Below, piece by piece: positions 30,797 through 40,604 of a DNA stretch of 50,526 nucleotides (position 1 is the first letter of the stretch; the number at the start of each line of letters is the position of its first letter). The position numbers were made by a program, and so were the translations under genes. This DNA comes from Armatimonadota bacterium (lineage in GTDB: Bacteria; Sysuimicrobiota; Sysuimicrobiia; Sysuimicrobiales; Kaftiobacteriaceae): contig JBBIUY010000021.1 of assembly GCA_037440005.1 (NCBI GenBank), forward strand, positions 1 through 50,526, written 5' to 3'. Under the pieces are notes generated by a model that was given only the letters and a program-made list of their open reading frames with translations, searched no databases and had not been told where the DNA came from.

Positions 30797-31752
30797 CGGC
30801 CGTGCCCCAGATCACCGACGTGCCGGGACTGAGCGTCGGCCATGCCACCGACCTGCAGGCCGCCACCGGGTGCACCGTGGTCCTCTGCGAGCGGGGGGCG
30901 GTGGCCGGGGTGGACGTGCGGGGGTCGGCGCCCGGGACCCGGGAGACGGACCTGCTGCGGCCCATGACGCTGGTGGAGCGGATCCACGCCGTCCTCCTGA
31001 CCGGCGGCAGCGCGTTCGGCCTCGCCGCCGCCGACGGCGTGATGCGGTTCCTGGAAGAGCGGGGGGTCGGCTACGACGTCCGCGTCGCCAAGGTCCCCAT
31101 CGTCCCCGCCGCGGTGATCTTCGACCTGGCGGTGGGCAGCCCGCTGGTGCGGCCGGACCCGGCCATGGGCTACGCCGCGGCCCGGGCGGCGTCGGCCGGC
31201 CCGGTGGAGGAGGGCACCGTCGGTGCCGGCACCGGGGCCACCGTGGGCAAGCTGGGCGGACACGCCACGGCCATGAAGGCGGGCGTGGGCACGTGGGCGC
31301 TGCGGCTGCCCGGGGACGTGGTGGTGGGCGCCCTGGCGGTGGTCAACGCCTTCGGGGACGTCCTCGACGACCGGACCGGGCAGATCCTGGCCGGTGCGCG
31401 GGATCCGGCCAGCGGACGCTTTCTGGACACCGCCCGGGCGCTGGTGGGCGGGGCGCGGCCGGCGGGGCCGGCCACCAACACCACCCTGGCGGTGGTGGCC
31501 ACCAACGCCCGGCTGACCAAGGAGCAGGCCAACAAGCTGGCCCAGCTGGGCCACGACGGCCTGGCCCGGGTGATCTCGCCCGTCCACACCCTGTTTGACG
31601 GGGACACCGTGTTCGCCCTGTCCACCGGCGCCGCCGACGCCGACCCGCTGGCCCTGGGCGCCGCCGCCGTGGAGGCCGTGGCGGAGGCGGTCAAGCGCGC
31701 GGTGCGGCTGGCTCGGGGCCTGGGGGGCATTCCCGGCCTGGCCGACTCCTGA
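30793..31752 (+). CDS. P1/S58 (DmpA-like) peptidase family protein
   Basis: ITDVPGLSVGH, GSAPGTRETDLL, GGSAFGL, NTTLAVVATN, DGDTVF. Confidence 0.88.
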   Translation: MTAVPQITDVPGLSVGHATDLQAATGCTVVLCERGAVAGVDVRGSAPGTRETDLLRPMTLVERIHAVLLTGGSAFGLAAADGVMRFLEERGVGYDVRVAKVPIVPAAVIFDLAVGSPLVRPDPAMGYAAARAASAGPVEEGTVGAGTGATVGKLGGHATAMKAGVGTWALRLPGDVVVGALAVVNAFGDVLDDRTGQILAGARDPASGRFLDTARALVGGARPAGPATNTTLAVVATNARLTKEQANKLAQLGHDGLARVISPVHTLFDGDTVFALSTGAADADPLALGAAAVEAVAEAVKRAVRLARGLGGIPGLADS

Positions 31753-31876
31753 CCGCCGGCCGCCGGGTGTGGTACAGTACAGGAAGAGCCGGCACCTTCT
31801 GCGGGCCGGACTCCCGAACTGAGCCCCATCTTGAGGCTCCGTCCGGTACTCGAAGAGACTGGAACGGAGGGAGATC

Positions 31877-32665
31877 ATGGCGCAGCCCGGAATTGCCCCG
31901 TCCGCCCTGCGGAGGGGGCTTCGTCTGTCCGCCCGGGACATCTCCGTGACCGGTGCCCTGGGAGCGGTGGCGGCCCTGCTGGGCATGGTGCCGGGGCTGG
32001 GATTCATCCCCGCGCCCACCCCGGCGGGAGCGGCCACCACCATGCACATCCCCGCCATCGTCGCCGGCGTGCTGGAGGGCCCGGTGGCCGGGGCCCTGGT
32101 GGGCGGGATCTTCGGCTTCTTCAGCTTCATACGGTCCACCACCCCGATCTTCAAGAACCCCGTCATCGCCTTCGGTCCGCGGATCCTCATCGGCGTCGCC
32201 GCCGCCGTGGTGTTCGCGGCCCTGCAGCGGCGGTACGCCCGCGGCCTGGCGGCGGTGGTCCTGGGGGCCGGCATCTTCACCATCCTGGGACCGGGCGCCG
32301 CGCGCTTTGAGGAGGCCTTCGCCGCCGGGAAGATCGCGCCCAGCTGGCTGATCGCCGCCTACCACGCGGTGGCGTCTGTCACCGCCATCCGGCCGTGGCT
32401 GTCGGCGGGGGCGGGGGCGGCCGCCGCCGGTCTGGCCTACGCCGCCCTGGGCGGTCCCAACGCGGCGCCGGCGGCCGCCGCGGTGGCGGGCACGCTGACC
32501 AACACGGTGGGGGTGCTGACCCTGATGGTGGCCTTCGGCTACATCCCCGCCGGAGCCGCGTTCGTCATCGGCGCCACCCACGGGCTGCCGGAGGTGGTGC
32601 TGGCGGTGGTGGTGACGGTACCGGTGTACCGGGCGGTGGAGGCGGCGCGAGGGCGGGGGCGCTAG
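31877..32665 (+). CDS. ECF transporter S component, PanT-like
   Basis: LGFIP..TTMHIPAIV..LEGP, PRILIG, GTLTNT; directly upstream of coaX. Confidence 0.8.
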   Translation: MAQPGIAPSALRRGLRLSARDISVTGALGAVAALLGMVPGLGFIPAPTPAGAATTMHIPAIVAGVLEGPVAGALVGGIFGFFSFIRSTTPIFKNPVIAFGPRILIGVAAAVVFAALQRRYARGLAAVVLGAGIFTILGPGAARFEEAFAAGKIAPSWLIAAYHAVASVTAIRPWLSAGAGAAAAGLAYAALGGPNAAPAAAAVAGTLTNTVGVLTLMVAFGYIPAGAAFVIGATHGLPEVVLAVVVTVPVYRAVEAARGRGR

Positions 32666-32723
32666 CGCACCGGCGCGCGGCGGGCGTGCGGGCGCGCGAT
32701 GCGCCCGAGCGAGGCGGGCGGCG

Positions 32724-33512
32724 ATGCTGCTGGCCCTGAACATCAACAACACCCAGATCAAGGTGGGCGTCTACCGGGGCGCGGACCTGGTGGTCCACTG
32801 GCGTCTGGCCACGGTCCTGGAGCGCACCGACGACGAGTACGCCATGCTGCTGCGGGACCTGTTCTCCCACGCCGGGCTGGCCTTCGCCGGGGTGGAGGCG
32901 GCCGCCATCTCCTCGGTGGTCCCGCCCCTCACCGACGTCTTCGACCGCCTGTGCCGGCGGTACTTCGGCGTGGCGCCCCTGGTGGTGGGGCCCGGGGTGC
33001 GCACCGGGATGCGGATCCTCTACGAGAACCCCAAAGAGGTGGGCGCCGACCGCATCTGCAACGCGGTGGCGGTGTACGCCCGCTACGGTGGACCCGCCAT
33101 CGTGGTGGACTTCGGCACCGCAACCACCTTCACCGCCGTGTCGGCCGAGGGAGACTTCCTGGGCGGCGCCATCGCGCCCGGCATCGGCATCTCGGTGGAC
33201 GCCCTGGCCGAGCACACCGCCCAGCTCCCCCGCATCGAGCTGACCAAGCCCCGGACCGTGATCGGCCGCTCCACGGTGGCGGCCATGCAGGCGGGCATCA
33301 TCTACGGCTTCGTGGGGCAGGTGGAGGAGATCATCCGCCGGATGCGGGCGGAGTTGGGCGGCCCGGCGGTGGTGGTGGCCACCGGCGGGTGGGCCGAGCT
33401 CATTGCCGACGAGTGCCGGTCCATCGACCACCTGGACCCGCTGCTGACCCTGGAGGGGCTGCGGCTCATTCACGAGCGCACCCGCGCCCCGGTCCGGGGG
33501 GCCGACGCGTAG
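32724..33512 (+). CDS. coaX: Type III pantothenate kinase
   Basis: SSVVP, VGADRI, VVDFGTATT, GGAIAPG, VATGG. Confidence 0.93.
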   Translation: MLLALNINNTQIKVGVYRGADLVVHWRLATVLERTDDEYAMLLRDLFSHAGLAFAGVEAAAISSVVPPLTDVFDRLCRRYFGVAPLVVGPGVRTGMRILYENPKEVGADRICNAVAVYARYGGPAIVVDFGTATTFTAVSAEGDFLGGAIAPGIGISVDALAEHTAQLPRIELTKPRTVIGRSTVAAMQAGIIYGFVGQVEEIIRRMRAELGGPAVVVATGGWAELIADECRSIDHLDPLLTLEGLRLIHERTRAPVRGADA

Positions 33513-33579
33513 CCCGGCCGCGCCGCCCGCACCTGCAGGAATCCCCGTCCGGGGCGCGTAGTACCAGCCGGGTGCTCCC

Positions 33580-34545
33580 ATGAAGGTCAAACGGGTCGTC
33601 TCGGTGAGCCTGGGCAGCAGCACCCGCGACCACCGGGTGGAGCTGGAGGTCCTGGGGCAGCGGGTGATCATCGAGCGCATCGGGACCGACGGCGACGTGC
33701 GCAAGGCCCAGCGGCTGCTGGAGGAGCTGGACGGCACCGTGGACGCCCTGGGGCTGGGGGGGACCGACCTCTACCTGACCGCCGGGTCCCGGCGCTACCG
33801 GATCCGGGAGACGGCCCGCCTGGTCCGCAACGTTCGCCGGACGCCGTTCGTGGACGGCGGCGGGCTGAAGGCGTCCTGGGAGCGGTGGCTGATCACCGAG
33901 TACCTCCCGACCCGGCGCGGCCTGTCCTTCCGGGGGCGGCGCGTCCTGCTGGTGTCCTCGGTGGACCGCTACGGGATGGCGGAAGCCTTCGCCCTGGCCG
34001 GCGCCGACACCATTTTCGGCGACTTCCTGTTCGCCCTGGGGCTGCCCATCCCCCTGCGCTCGCTGACCTCGGTGAAGATCCTGGCCGCGCTGATCCTGCC
34101 GTGGCTGACCCAGGCGCCCATCCGCTGGCTGTACCCGACCGGCAAGAAGCAGGAGCAGATCACCCCGCGGTGGGAGCGGTACTACCGGTGGGCGGAGGTG
34201 GTGGCCGGCGACTTTCACCTCATCCGGAGGTACATGCCGGCGGACCTGCGGGGCAAGGTCATCCTCACCCAGACCATCACCCGCGCCGACCTGGAGGAAC
34301 TGCGCCGCCGCGGCGTGTGGCTGCTGGTCACCGACGGTCCGGACATGGGCGGGCGGGCGTTTGCCACCAACGTGCTGCAGGGGGTGATCGTCGCCCTGCT
34401 GGAGCGCCCGCCCGAGGCCATCTCGCCCGAGGAGTACCTGCAGACCGCGCTGCGGGCCGGCTTCGAACCCGGCTTCTACGAGCTCAACCCGGACCTGGCG
34501 CCGCCGTGGGCCCCGGCCCGCCCGGCCCCCGCGCCCGCGCCATGA
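33580..34545 (+). CDS. Conserved hypothetical protein (family often labelled quinate 5-dehydrogenase)
   Basis: VVSVSLGSSTRD, ERIGTDGD, VDGGGLK, VDRYGMA, TNVLQG; label recalled, not verified. Confidence 0.65.
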   Translation: MKVKRVVSVSLGSSTRDHRVELEVLGQRVIIERIGTDGDVRKAQRLLEELDGTVDALGLGGTDLYLTAGSRRYRIRETARLVRNVRRTPFVDGGGLKASWERWLITEYLPTRRGLSFRGRRVLLVSSVDRYGMAEAFALAGADTIFGDFLFALGLPIPLRSLTSVKILAALILPWLTQAPIRWLYPTGKKQEQITPRWERYYRWAEVVAGDFHLIRRYMPADLRGKVILTQTITRADLEELRRRGVWLLVTDGPDMGGRAFATNVLQGVIVALLERPPEAISPEEYLQTALRAGFEPGFYELNPDLAPPWAPARPAPAPAP

Positions 34546-35690
34546 CGTCCCCGCCCGCCCCCCGGCCCCCCGCTCCCGGACCGGCGGACCCGGCGGCCGC
34601 CGAGGTCGGCCGCTTCGCCTTCATCCTCCACCCCCTGCGGGTGGAGGACTTCGCCCGCCGGTACCCGCTGACCCGCCGCCTGCCGGCGCGCCTGGTCGAG
34701 GAGGCGTTCCGGTGGGTCCCGCCCCGGCGGGTGTCCCGGATCACCGGCATCCGCTCGGCCACCGGGGCGCGGGCGGAGGGGTGGTTCATCGGCCTGCCGC
34801 TGACGCCCCGCACGCTGCTGCACTCCCCGGTGGAGTTCGCCTACCGCCGCATCATCCAGGCGGGCCGCCTGGCCGAGGCCCTGGGGGCGCGCATCGTCGG
34901 ACTGGGCGCGTTCACCAAGATCGTCGGCGACCGCGGGCTGACCGTGGCGCGCCACCTCGGCATCCCCGTCACCACCGGCAACAGCTACACCGCCGCCACG
35001 GCCGTGGAAGGGGCCCTGCTGGCGGCCCGGCGGATGGCCCTCGACCCCGCCGACGCCACCGTGGCCGTGGTGGGGGCGACGGGCTCCATCGGCACGGCCT
35101 GCAGCCACCTGCTGGCGCGGGAGGCGGGGCGGCTGCTGCTGGTGGCCCGCACCCGGGAGGCCCTGGAGGCCCTGGCTGACCGGCTGCGGGGCGGCCGGGC
35201 ACAGGTGGAGGTGGGGACCGACGTGCGCCAGGCGGTGCGGGCCGCCGACGTGGTGCTGGCCGTCTCGTCGGCCACCGACGTGCTGATCGAGCCCGAGGAC
35301 CTGCGGCCGGGGGCGGTGGTGTGCGACGTGGCGCGCCCGCGCAACGTCTCCCGCCTGGTGTACGAACGGCGGGACGACGTGCTGGTCATCGACGGCGGCG
35401 TCATCCAGGTCCCCGGCGACGTGGACTTCGGCTTCGACTTCGGGTTCCCGCCCAAGATGTGCGAGGCCTGCATGGCCGAGACCATCCTGCTGGCCCTGGA
35501 GCGCCGCTACGAGCCGTTCACCCTGGGCCGGGAGGTGGACCTGGCCCGGGTGGAGGAGATCGCCGCCCTAGCCCGCCGCCACGGCTTCGGCCTGGCGGGC
35601 CTGCGCCGCTTCGAGCGGGCCATCGACGACGGCGAAATCGAGCGGATCCGCCGGGCCGCCCGCCGCGCGGGCGCGGCCAGTCGCGCTTGA
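34542..35690 (+). CDS. NAD(P)-binding oxidoreductase (COG5322 / acyl-ACP reductase-like, often labelled shikimate dehydrogenase)
   Basis: FAFILHP, VGLGAFT, TTGNSYT, VVGATGSIG, CDVARP, ACMAETILLALE. Confidence 0.75.
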   Translation: MTSPPAPRPPAPGPADPAAAEVGRFAFILHPLRVEDFARRYPLTRRLPARLVEEAFRWVPPRRVSRITGIRSATGARAEGWFIGLPLTPRTLLHSPVEFAYRRIIQAGRLAEALGARIVGLGAFTKIVGDRGLTVARHLGIPVTTGNSYTAATAVEGALLAARRMALDPADATVAVVGATGSIGTACSHLLAREAGRLLLVARTREALEALADRLRGGRAQVEVGTDVRQAVRAADVVLAVSSATDVLIEPEDLRPGAVVCDVARPRNVSRLVYERRDDVLVIDGGVIQVPGDVDFGFDFGFPPKMCEACMAETILLALERRYEPFTLGREVDLARVEEIAALARRHGFGLAGLRRFERAIDDGEIERIRRAARRAGAASRA

Positions 35691-35716
35691 CGGCCGGCGG
35701 GACCATGGGCTATACT
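35687..35716 (+). promoter_or_regulatory. Sigma70-type promoter of greA
   Basis: TTGACG (35687-35692), 18 nt, TATACT (35711-35716). Confidence 0.7.
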
Positions 35717-35781
35717 GCGTGCCGCCGAGGACGGCAGACCCTCGGCGTTCGGTTGCCACAATCGCACAGCAGGCGGCGGGG

Positions 35782-35817
35782 GCGCTGTAGGCCGGTCGGC
35801 CTACGGTGTTTTATCTT
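35782..35817 (+). terminator. Intrinsic terminator-like hairpin in the greA leader
   Basis: GCGCTGTAGGCC-ggtc-GGCCTACGGTGT followed by TTTATCTT. Confidence 0.6.
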
Positions 35818-35840
35818 CACCCCGTCCGGGAGCGTCGGCG

Positions 35841-36323
35841 ATGGCAGAGGCGGACAAGGAAACCATCCTCACCCCGGAAGGCCTCCGACGGCTGGAGGAG
35901 GAACTGGAGCACCTCAAGACCGTCCGGCGCAAGGAGGTCGCCGAGCGCATCAAGCAGTCCAAGGCCTTCGGCGACCTGATGGAGAACTCGGAGTACGAGG
36001 ACGCCAAGAACGAGCAGGCCTTCGTGGAGGGGCGGATCCTGCAGCTGGAGCAGTTGCTGCGCACCGCCCGGGTGGTGGACAACCACGGGGTGCCGCCCGA
36101 CCAGGTCACCGTGGGGTCCACGGTGCGGGTGAAGGACCTCGGCACCGGGGAGGAGATCACCTACATGATCGTGGGCACCGCCGAGGCCGACCCCGCCCGG
36201 GCGCGGATCAGCAACGAGTCGCCCGTGGGCCGGGCGCTGCTGGGCCGGCGCGCCGGGGACGTGGTGGAGGTGGCGGCGCCGGCGGGCCGGATCCGGTACC
36301 GCATCCTGCAGGTGGCCCACTGA
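35841..36323 (+). CDS. greA: Transcription elongation factor GreA
   Basis: [26 protein letters not shown]. Confidence 0.96.
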   Translation: MAEADKETILTPEGLRRLEEELEHLKTVRRKEVAERIKQSKAFGDLMENSEYEDAKNEQAFVEGRILQLEQLLRTARVVDNHGVPPDQVTVGSTVRVKDLGTGEEITYMIVGTAEADPARARISNESPVGRALLGRRAGDVVEVAAPAGRIRYRILQVAH

Positions 36324-36347
36324 CCCGGGCGGTCCGCCGGGGCCGCT

Positions 36348-36384
36348 CCGGGCAGGGACGCAGGCCCTGCCCGGTCTTATTTTT
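36348..36384 (+). terminator. Rho-independent terminator after greA
   Basis: CCGGGCAGGG/CCCTGCCCGG stem followed by TCTTATTTTT. Confidence 0.75.
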
Positions 36385-36430
36385 CTGCGGCGGGGCACAC
36401 TGTCCATGCGGGGCCGTGCGGGAGGGGAAT

Positions 36431-36460
36431 TTGACCCGGTTTTTCGGCGTAGGATAAGAT
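36431..36460 (+). promoter_or_regulatory. Putative promoter of clpC
   Basis: TTGACC (36431-36436), 18 nt, TAAGAT (36455-36460). Confidence 0.5.
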
Positions 36461-36626
36461 GAAACCGGTCCCCGACGCGGGAGCCCAGCAGGAGGGACCT
36501 GCGCCGGGGCAGAACAGGAAGGGCTAAAGCAGGCTCCGGGTCACCTGACTGCTTCGCCCCGCGAAGAGGTCGGGACAGCGACTCCGCAGCCCCCGCGGTT
36601 GTGGCGGAGAGGAGGACGCTGTCGCA

Positions 36627-39086
36627 ATGTTCGAGCGGTTCACCGAGCGCGCCCGCCGGGTGATCATCCTCGCCCAGGAAGAAGCCAAGCGCCTCAATCA
36701 CAGCGCCGTGGGGACCGAGCACATCCTCCTGGGGATCATCCGGGAGGGGGAGGGGGTCGCCAGCAAGGTGCTGGAGAGCCTCAACATCTCCCCCGAGCGG
36801 GTGCGGGCGGAGATCGAGAGCGCCATCGGCCGCGGGGACCGCGCCCCCTACGAGGAGGTGGCGTTCACCCCCCGGGCCAAGAAGGTCCTGGAGCTGGCCC
36901 TGGACGAGGCCCGCCGGCTGGGCCACAACTACATCGGCACCGAGCACCTGCTCCTGGGGCTGATCCGGGAGGGGGAGGGGGTGGCCGCCCGGGTCCTGGA
37001 GGCCATGGGCGCCGACCTGGAGCGGGTGCGCGCCCAGGTGGTCTACCTGCTGGGCGAGGAAGGCACCACCACCTACACCAAGCAGGCCAGCAAGACCCCC
37101 ACCCTGGACGAGTTCGGCCGCGACCTCACCAAGCTGGCCCGGGAGGGCAAGCTGGACCCGGTCATCGGCCGGGAGCGCGAGATCGAGCGCGTCATCCAGG
37201 TCCTGTCCCGCCGGACCAAGAACAACCCCGCCCTCATCGGGGAGCCCGGGGTGGGCAAGACGGCCATCACCGAGGGCCTGGCCCAGCGCATCGTCCGGGG
37301 CGACGTGCCCGACGTCCTGCGCAACAAGCGGGTGGTGCAGCTGGACCTGGCGGCGCTGGTGGCGGGCACCAAGTACCGCGGCGAGTTCGAAGAGCGCATG
37401 AAGAAGGTGATGGACGAGATCCGCAAGGCCCAGAACGAGGTCATCCTGTTCGTGGACGAGCTGCACACCCTGGTGGGCGCCGGCGCCGCCGAGGGGGCCA
37501 TCGACGCCAGCAACATCCTCAAGCCCGCCCTGGCCCGGGGCGAGCTGCAGTGCATCGGGGCCACCACCCTGGACGAGTACCGCAAGTACGTGGAGCGGGA
37601 CGCCGCCCTGGAGCGGCGGTTCCAGCCCATCCTGGTGAGCGAGCCGACGGTGGAGCAGACCATCGAGATCCTCAAGGGCCTGCGGGAGCGCTACGAGGCC
37701 CACCACGGCGTCACCATCAGCGACGAGGCCCTGGTGGCCGCCGCCACCCTGGCCGAGAAGTACATCGCCGACCGGTTCCTGCCCGACAAGGCCATCGACC
37801 TGATGGACGAGGCGGCCAGCAAGATCCGCCTGCAGGCCTCCTTCCTGCCCCAGGAGGTCCGGCAGGCGGTGGAGCGGGTGGAGCGGGTCCGGCGCGAGAA
37901 AGAGGAGGCCATCAAGAGCCAGGACTTCGAGAAGGCGGCGCTGCTGCGGGACAAGGAGAAGGTGCTGCGCCAGAAGCTGGAGGAGCTGGAGTCGTCCTGG
38001 AAGCGGGAGAAGGGCCGCGACATCAGCACCGTCACCGCCGAGGACATCGCCGACGTGGTGTCCTCGTGGACCGGCATCCCGGTGACCCGCCTGGTGGAGG
38101 AGGAGACCCAGCGGCTGCTGCGCATGGAGGAGTCCCTCCACGAGCGGATCGTGGGCCAGGAGGAGGCCGTCAGCGCGGTGGCCAAGGCCGTCCGGCGCGC
38201 CCGGACGGGGCTGAAGGACCCCCGCCGGCCCGTGGGGTCGTTCATCTTCCTGGGCCCCACCGGGGTGGGCAAGACCGAACTGGCCCGGGCGCTGGCCGAG
38301 TTCCTCTTCGGAGACGAGAACGCCCTGATCCGCATCGACATGTCCGAGTACAGCGAGCGGCACACCATCAGCCGCCTGGTGGGCTCCCCGCCCGGGTACG
38401 TGGGCTACGAGGAGGGCGGCCAGCTCACCGAGGCGGTGCGGCGGCGGCCCTACTCGGTGGTGCTGTTCGACGAGATCGAGAAGGCCCACCCGGAGATCTT
38501 CAACGTCCTGCTGCAGATCCTGGACGACGGCCGCCTGACCGACGCCCAGGGCCGCACCGTGGACTTCAAGAACACCGTCATCATCATGACCAGCAACGTG
38601 GGGGCGCCGGTCCTGGAGAAGGAGGTGGCCATCGGCTTCCGGCCCGTCCGGGACGAGCAGGAGGCCCTGGAGACCGCCTACGCCCGGATGAAGGAGCGCA
38701 TCACCGACGAGCTGCGGCGCACCTTCCGCCCGGAGTTCCTCAACCGGATCGACGAGATCATCATTTTCCGGCCGCTCACCAGCCAGCAGATCAAGGCCAT
38801 CGTGGACATCCTCATCGCCCGGGTCCGCCGCGAGCTGCGGGGCCAGAACATGGACCTGGAGCTCACCGAGGCGGCCAAGGAGCTGCTGGCCCGGGAGGGC
38901 TTCGACCCCACCTTCGGCGCCCGGCCTCTGCGCCGGACCATCCAGCGCCTGGTGGAAGACCAGCTGTCCGACGAGCTGCTGCGGGGCAGCTTCCGGTCCG
39001 GGGACACGGTGGTGGTGGACGCCCGGGAGGACCGCATCGTCTTCGAGCGCAAGCGCCAGCCCGAGCCGGCGCTGAAGGGGGACTGA
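36627..39086 (+). CDS. clpC: ATP-dependent Clp protease ATP-binding subunit ClpC
   Basis: [12 protein letters not shown], two Clp-N repeats, [11 protein letters not shown]-like middle domain, [11 protein letters not shown] loop. Confidence 0.96.
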   Translation: MFERFTERARRVIILAQEEAKRLNHSAVGTEHILLGIIREGEGVASKVLESLNISPERVRAEIESAIGRGDRAPYEEVAFTPRAKKVLELALDEARRLGHNYIGTEHLLLGLIREGEGVAARVLEAMGADLERVRAQVVYLLGEEGTTTYTKQASKTPTLDEFGRDLTKLAREGKLDPVIGREREIERVIQVLSRRTKNNPALIGEPGVGKTAITEGLAQRIVRGDVPDVLRNKRVVQLDLAALVAGTKYRGEFEERMKKVMDEIRKAQNEVILFVDELHTLVGAGAAEGAIDASNILKPALARGELQCIGATTLDEYRKYVERDAALERRFQPILVSEPTVEQTIEILKGLRERYEAHHGVTISDEALVAAATLAEKYIADRFLPDKAIDLMDEAASKIRLQASFLPQEVRQAVERVERVRREKEEAIKSQDFEKAALLRDKEKVLRQKLEELESSWKREKGRDISTVTAEDIADVVSSWTGIPVTRLVEEETQRLLRMEESLHERIVGQEEAVSAVAKAVRRARTGLKDPRRPVGSFIFLGPTGVGKTELARALAEFLFGDENALIRIDMSEYSERHTISRLVGSPPGYVGYEEGGQLTEAVRRRPYSVVLFDEIEKAHPEIFNVLLQILDDGRLTDAQGRTVDFKNTVIIMTSNVGAPVLEKEVAIGFRPVRDEQEALETAYARMKERITDELRRTFRPEFLNRIDEIIIFRPLTSQQIKAIVDILIARVRRELRGQNMDLELTEAAKELLAREGFDPTFGARPLRRTIQRLVEDQLSDELLRGSFRSGDTVVVDAREDRIVFERKRQPEPALKGD

Positions 39087-39158
39087 CCCCGCAGGAGGTC
39101 CGGTGCCGCCGGAAGACCGGGGGGCCCGGCGCGGAGCCGGGCCCCCGGCGTGTCTGCG

Positions 39159-40505
39159 ATGACCAGGGTCCGCTGGCAGTACGTCTGTCAGTCCTGCGGG
39201 TACGCCTCGCCCAAGTGGCTGGGCCGGTGCCCCTCCTGCGACGCCTGGAACACCTTCGTGGAGGAGGCGGCGGGGGAGGTCCCGCCCGCCCGCCCGGCCG
39301 GCCCGGCGGCGGTGCCGGTGCCGGTGACCGAGGTGTCGTCCGCAGGTCCGTCCCGGCTGTCCACGGGGATCGGCGAGTTGGACCGGGTCCTGGGGGGAGG
39401 GCTGGTGCCGGGGTCGGTGGTCCTCATCGGCGGGGACCCGGGCATCGGCAAGTCCACGCTGCTGCTGGCGGCCTGCCAGCGCCTGGCCGGAGGCGGGCGG
39501 ACGGTCCTGTACGTCAGCGCCGAGGAGTCCCTGGCCCAGGTCAAGATGCGGGCCGACCGGCTGGGGGTGGCCGACCCCCGGCTGCTGCTGCTGTCCGAGA
39601 CCGACCTGGACGCGGTCCTGGCCGCGTGCGAGCGGGTGCGGCCGGAGGCGGTGGTGGTGGACTCCATCCAGACCGTGGCGGTCCGGGACCTGCCGTCCTC
39701 GCCGGGCAGCGTGGGGCAGGTCCGGGAGTGCACCGCCGGGCTGGTGCGCCTGGCCAAGGGGCGGGGCGTGGCCGTGCTGATCGTCGGCCACGTGACCAAA
39801 GAAGGCCAGCTGGCGGGGCCGCGGGTGCTGGAGCACATGGTGGACACGGTGCTGTACTTTGAGGGCGACCGCCACCACGCCTACCGCATCCTGCGGGCCA
39901 CCAAGAACCGCTTCGGGTCCACCAACGAGATCGGGGTCTTCGAGATGACCGCCGGCGGCCTGCGGGAGGTGGTCAACCCGTCGGCGGCGTTCCTGTCGGG
40001 GCGGGCGCCCGACGCGCCCGGCTCGGTGGTGGTGGCCGCCCTGGAGGGGACGCGGCCGCTGCTGGTGGAGGTCCAGGCCCTGGTGACCCCCACGGTCTTC
40101 GGCACGCCCCGGCGCACCGCGTCGGGGGTGGACTACAACCGCCTGGTGGTCCTGCTGGCGGTCCTGGAAAAACGCGCCGGGCTGCACCTGTCCGGCTACG
40201 ACGTGTACGCCAGCGCCGCCGGCGGCGTCACCCTGGACGACCCGGCCGCCGACCTGGGGATCGCCGGGGCGGTGGCCAGCAGCCTGCGCAACCGGCCGGC
40301 CGATCCGGCCGCGGTGGCCGTCGGCGAGGTGGGGCTGGCGGGGGAGGTGCGGGCGGTGCCCCAGCTGGAGGTGCGGGTGCAGGAGGCGGCGCGGCTGGGG
40401 TTCCGCCGCTGCCTGGTGCCCCCCTCCTCCGGCGCGGCCGCGCGCGACATCGAGGTGGTGGAGGTCGCCAGCCTCTCCGAGGCCCTGGAACGCCTGATAC
40501 CTTAA
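39159..40505 (+). CDS. radA: DNA repair protein RadA/Sms
   Basis: CxxC..CxxC finger, GDPGIGKST, KNRFG. Confidence 0.96.
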   Translation: MTRVRWQYVCQSCGYASPKWLGRCPSCDAWNTFVEEAAGEVPPARPAGPAAVPVPVTEVSSAGPSRLSTGIGELDRVLGGGLVPGSVVLIGGDPGIGKSTLLLAACQRLAGGGRTVLYVSAEESLAQVKMRADRLGVADPRLLLLSETDLDAVLAACERVRPEAVVVDSIQTVAVRDLPSSPGSVGQVRECTAGLVRLAKGRGVAVLIVGHVTKEGQLAGPRVLEHMVDTVLYFEGDRHHAYRILRATKNRFGSTNEIGVFEMTAGGLREVVNPSAAFLSGRAPDAPGSVVVAALEGTRPLLVEVQALVTPTVFGTPRRTASGVDYNRLVVLLAVLEKRAGLHLSGYDVYASAAGGVTLDDPAADLGIAGAVASSLRNRPADPAAVAVGEVGLAGEVRAVPQLEVRVQEAARLGFRRCLVPPSSGAAARDIEVVEVASLSEALERLIP

Positions 40506-40513
40506 GACGTGAC

Positions 40514-40604
40514 GGGATCCGAGATCCGCGATCAGGGATCAGGGATCCGGGATCAGGGATCAGAGCCCTTCTCCCTTTTCCCTTTTCCCTTTTCCCTCTT
40601 CCCT
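40514..40604. repeat. Two adjacent heptamer tandem arrays: GGGATCA-like x7 and CCCTTTT-like x5
   Basis: Arrays at 40514-40562 and 40566-40600, between convergent genes. Confidence 0.9.

Noticed and set aside
36465..36580. SRP or 6S RNA
   Set aside because: Lacks the SRP domain IV consensus and is too short for 6S; kept only as a structured leader
35817..40187. 1456-aa minus-strand ORF and other long antisense or alternative-frame ORFs (e.g. 2583-4967, 5040-7841, 10081-12942)
   Set aside because: Shadow ORFs of high-GC genes; low-complexity translations overlapping well-supported genes
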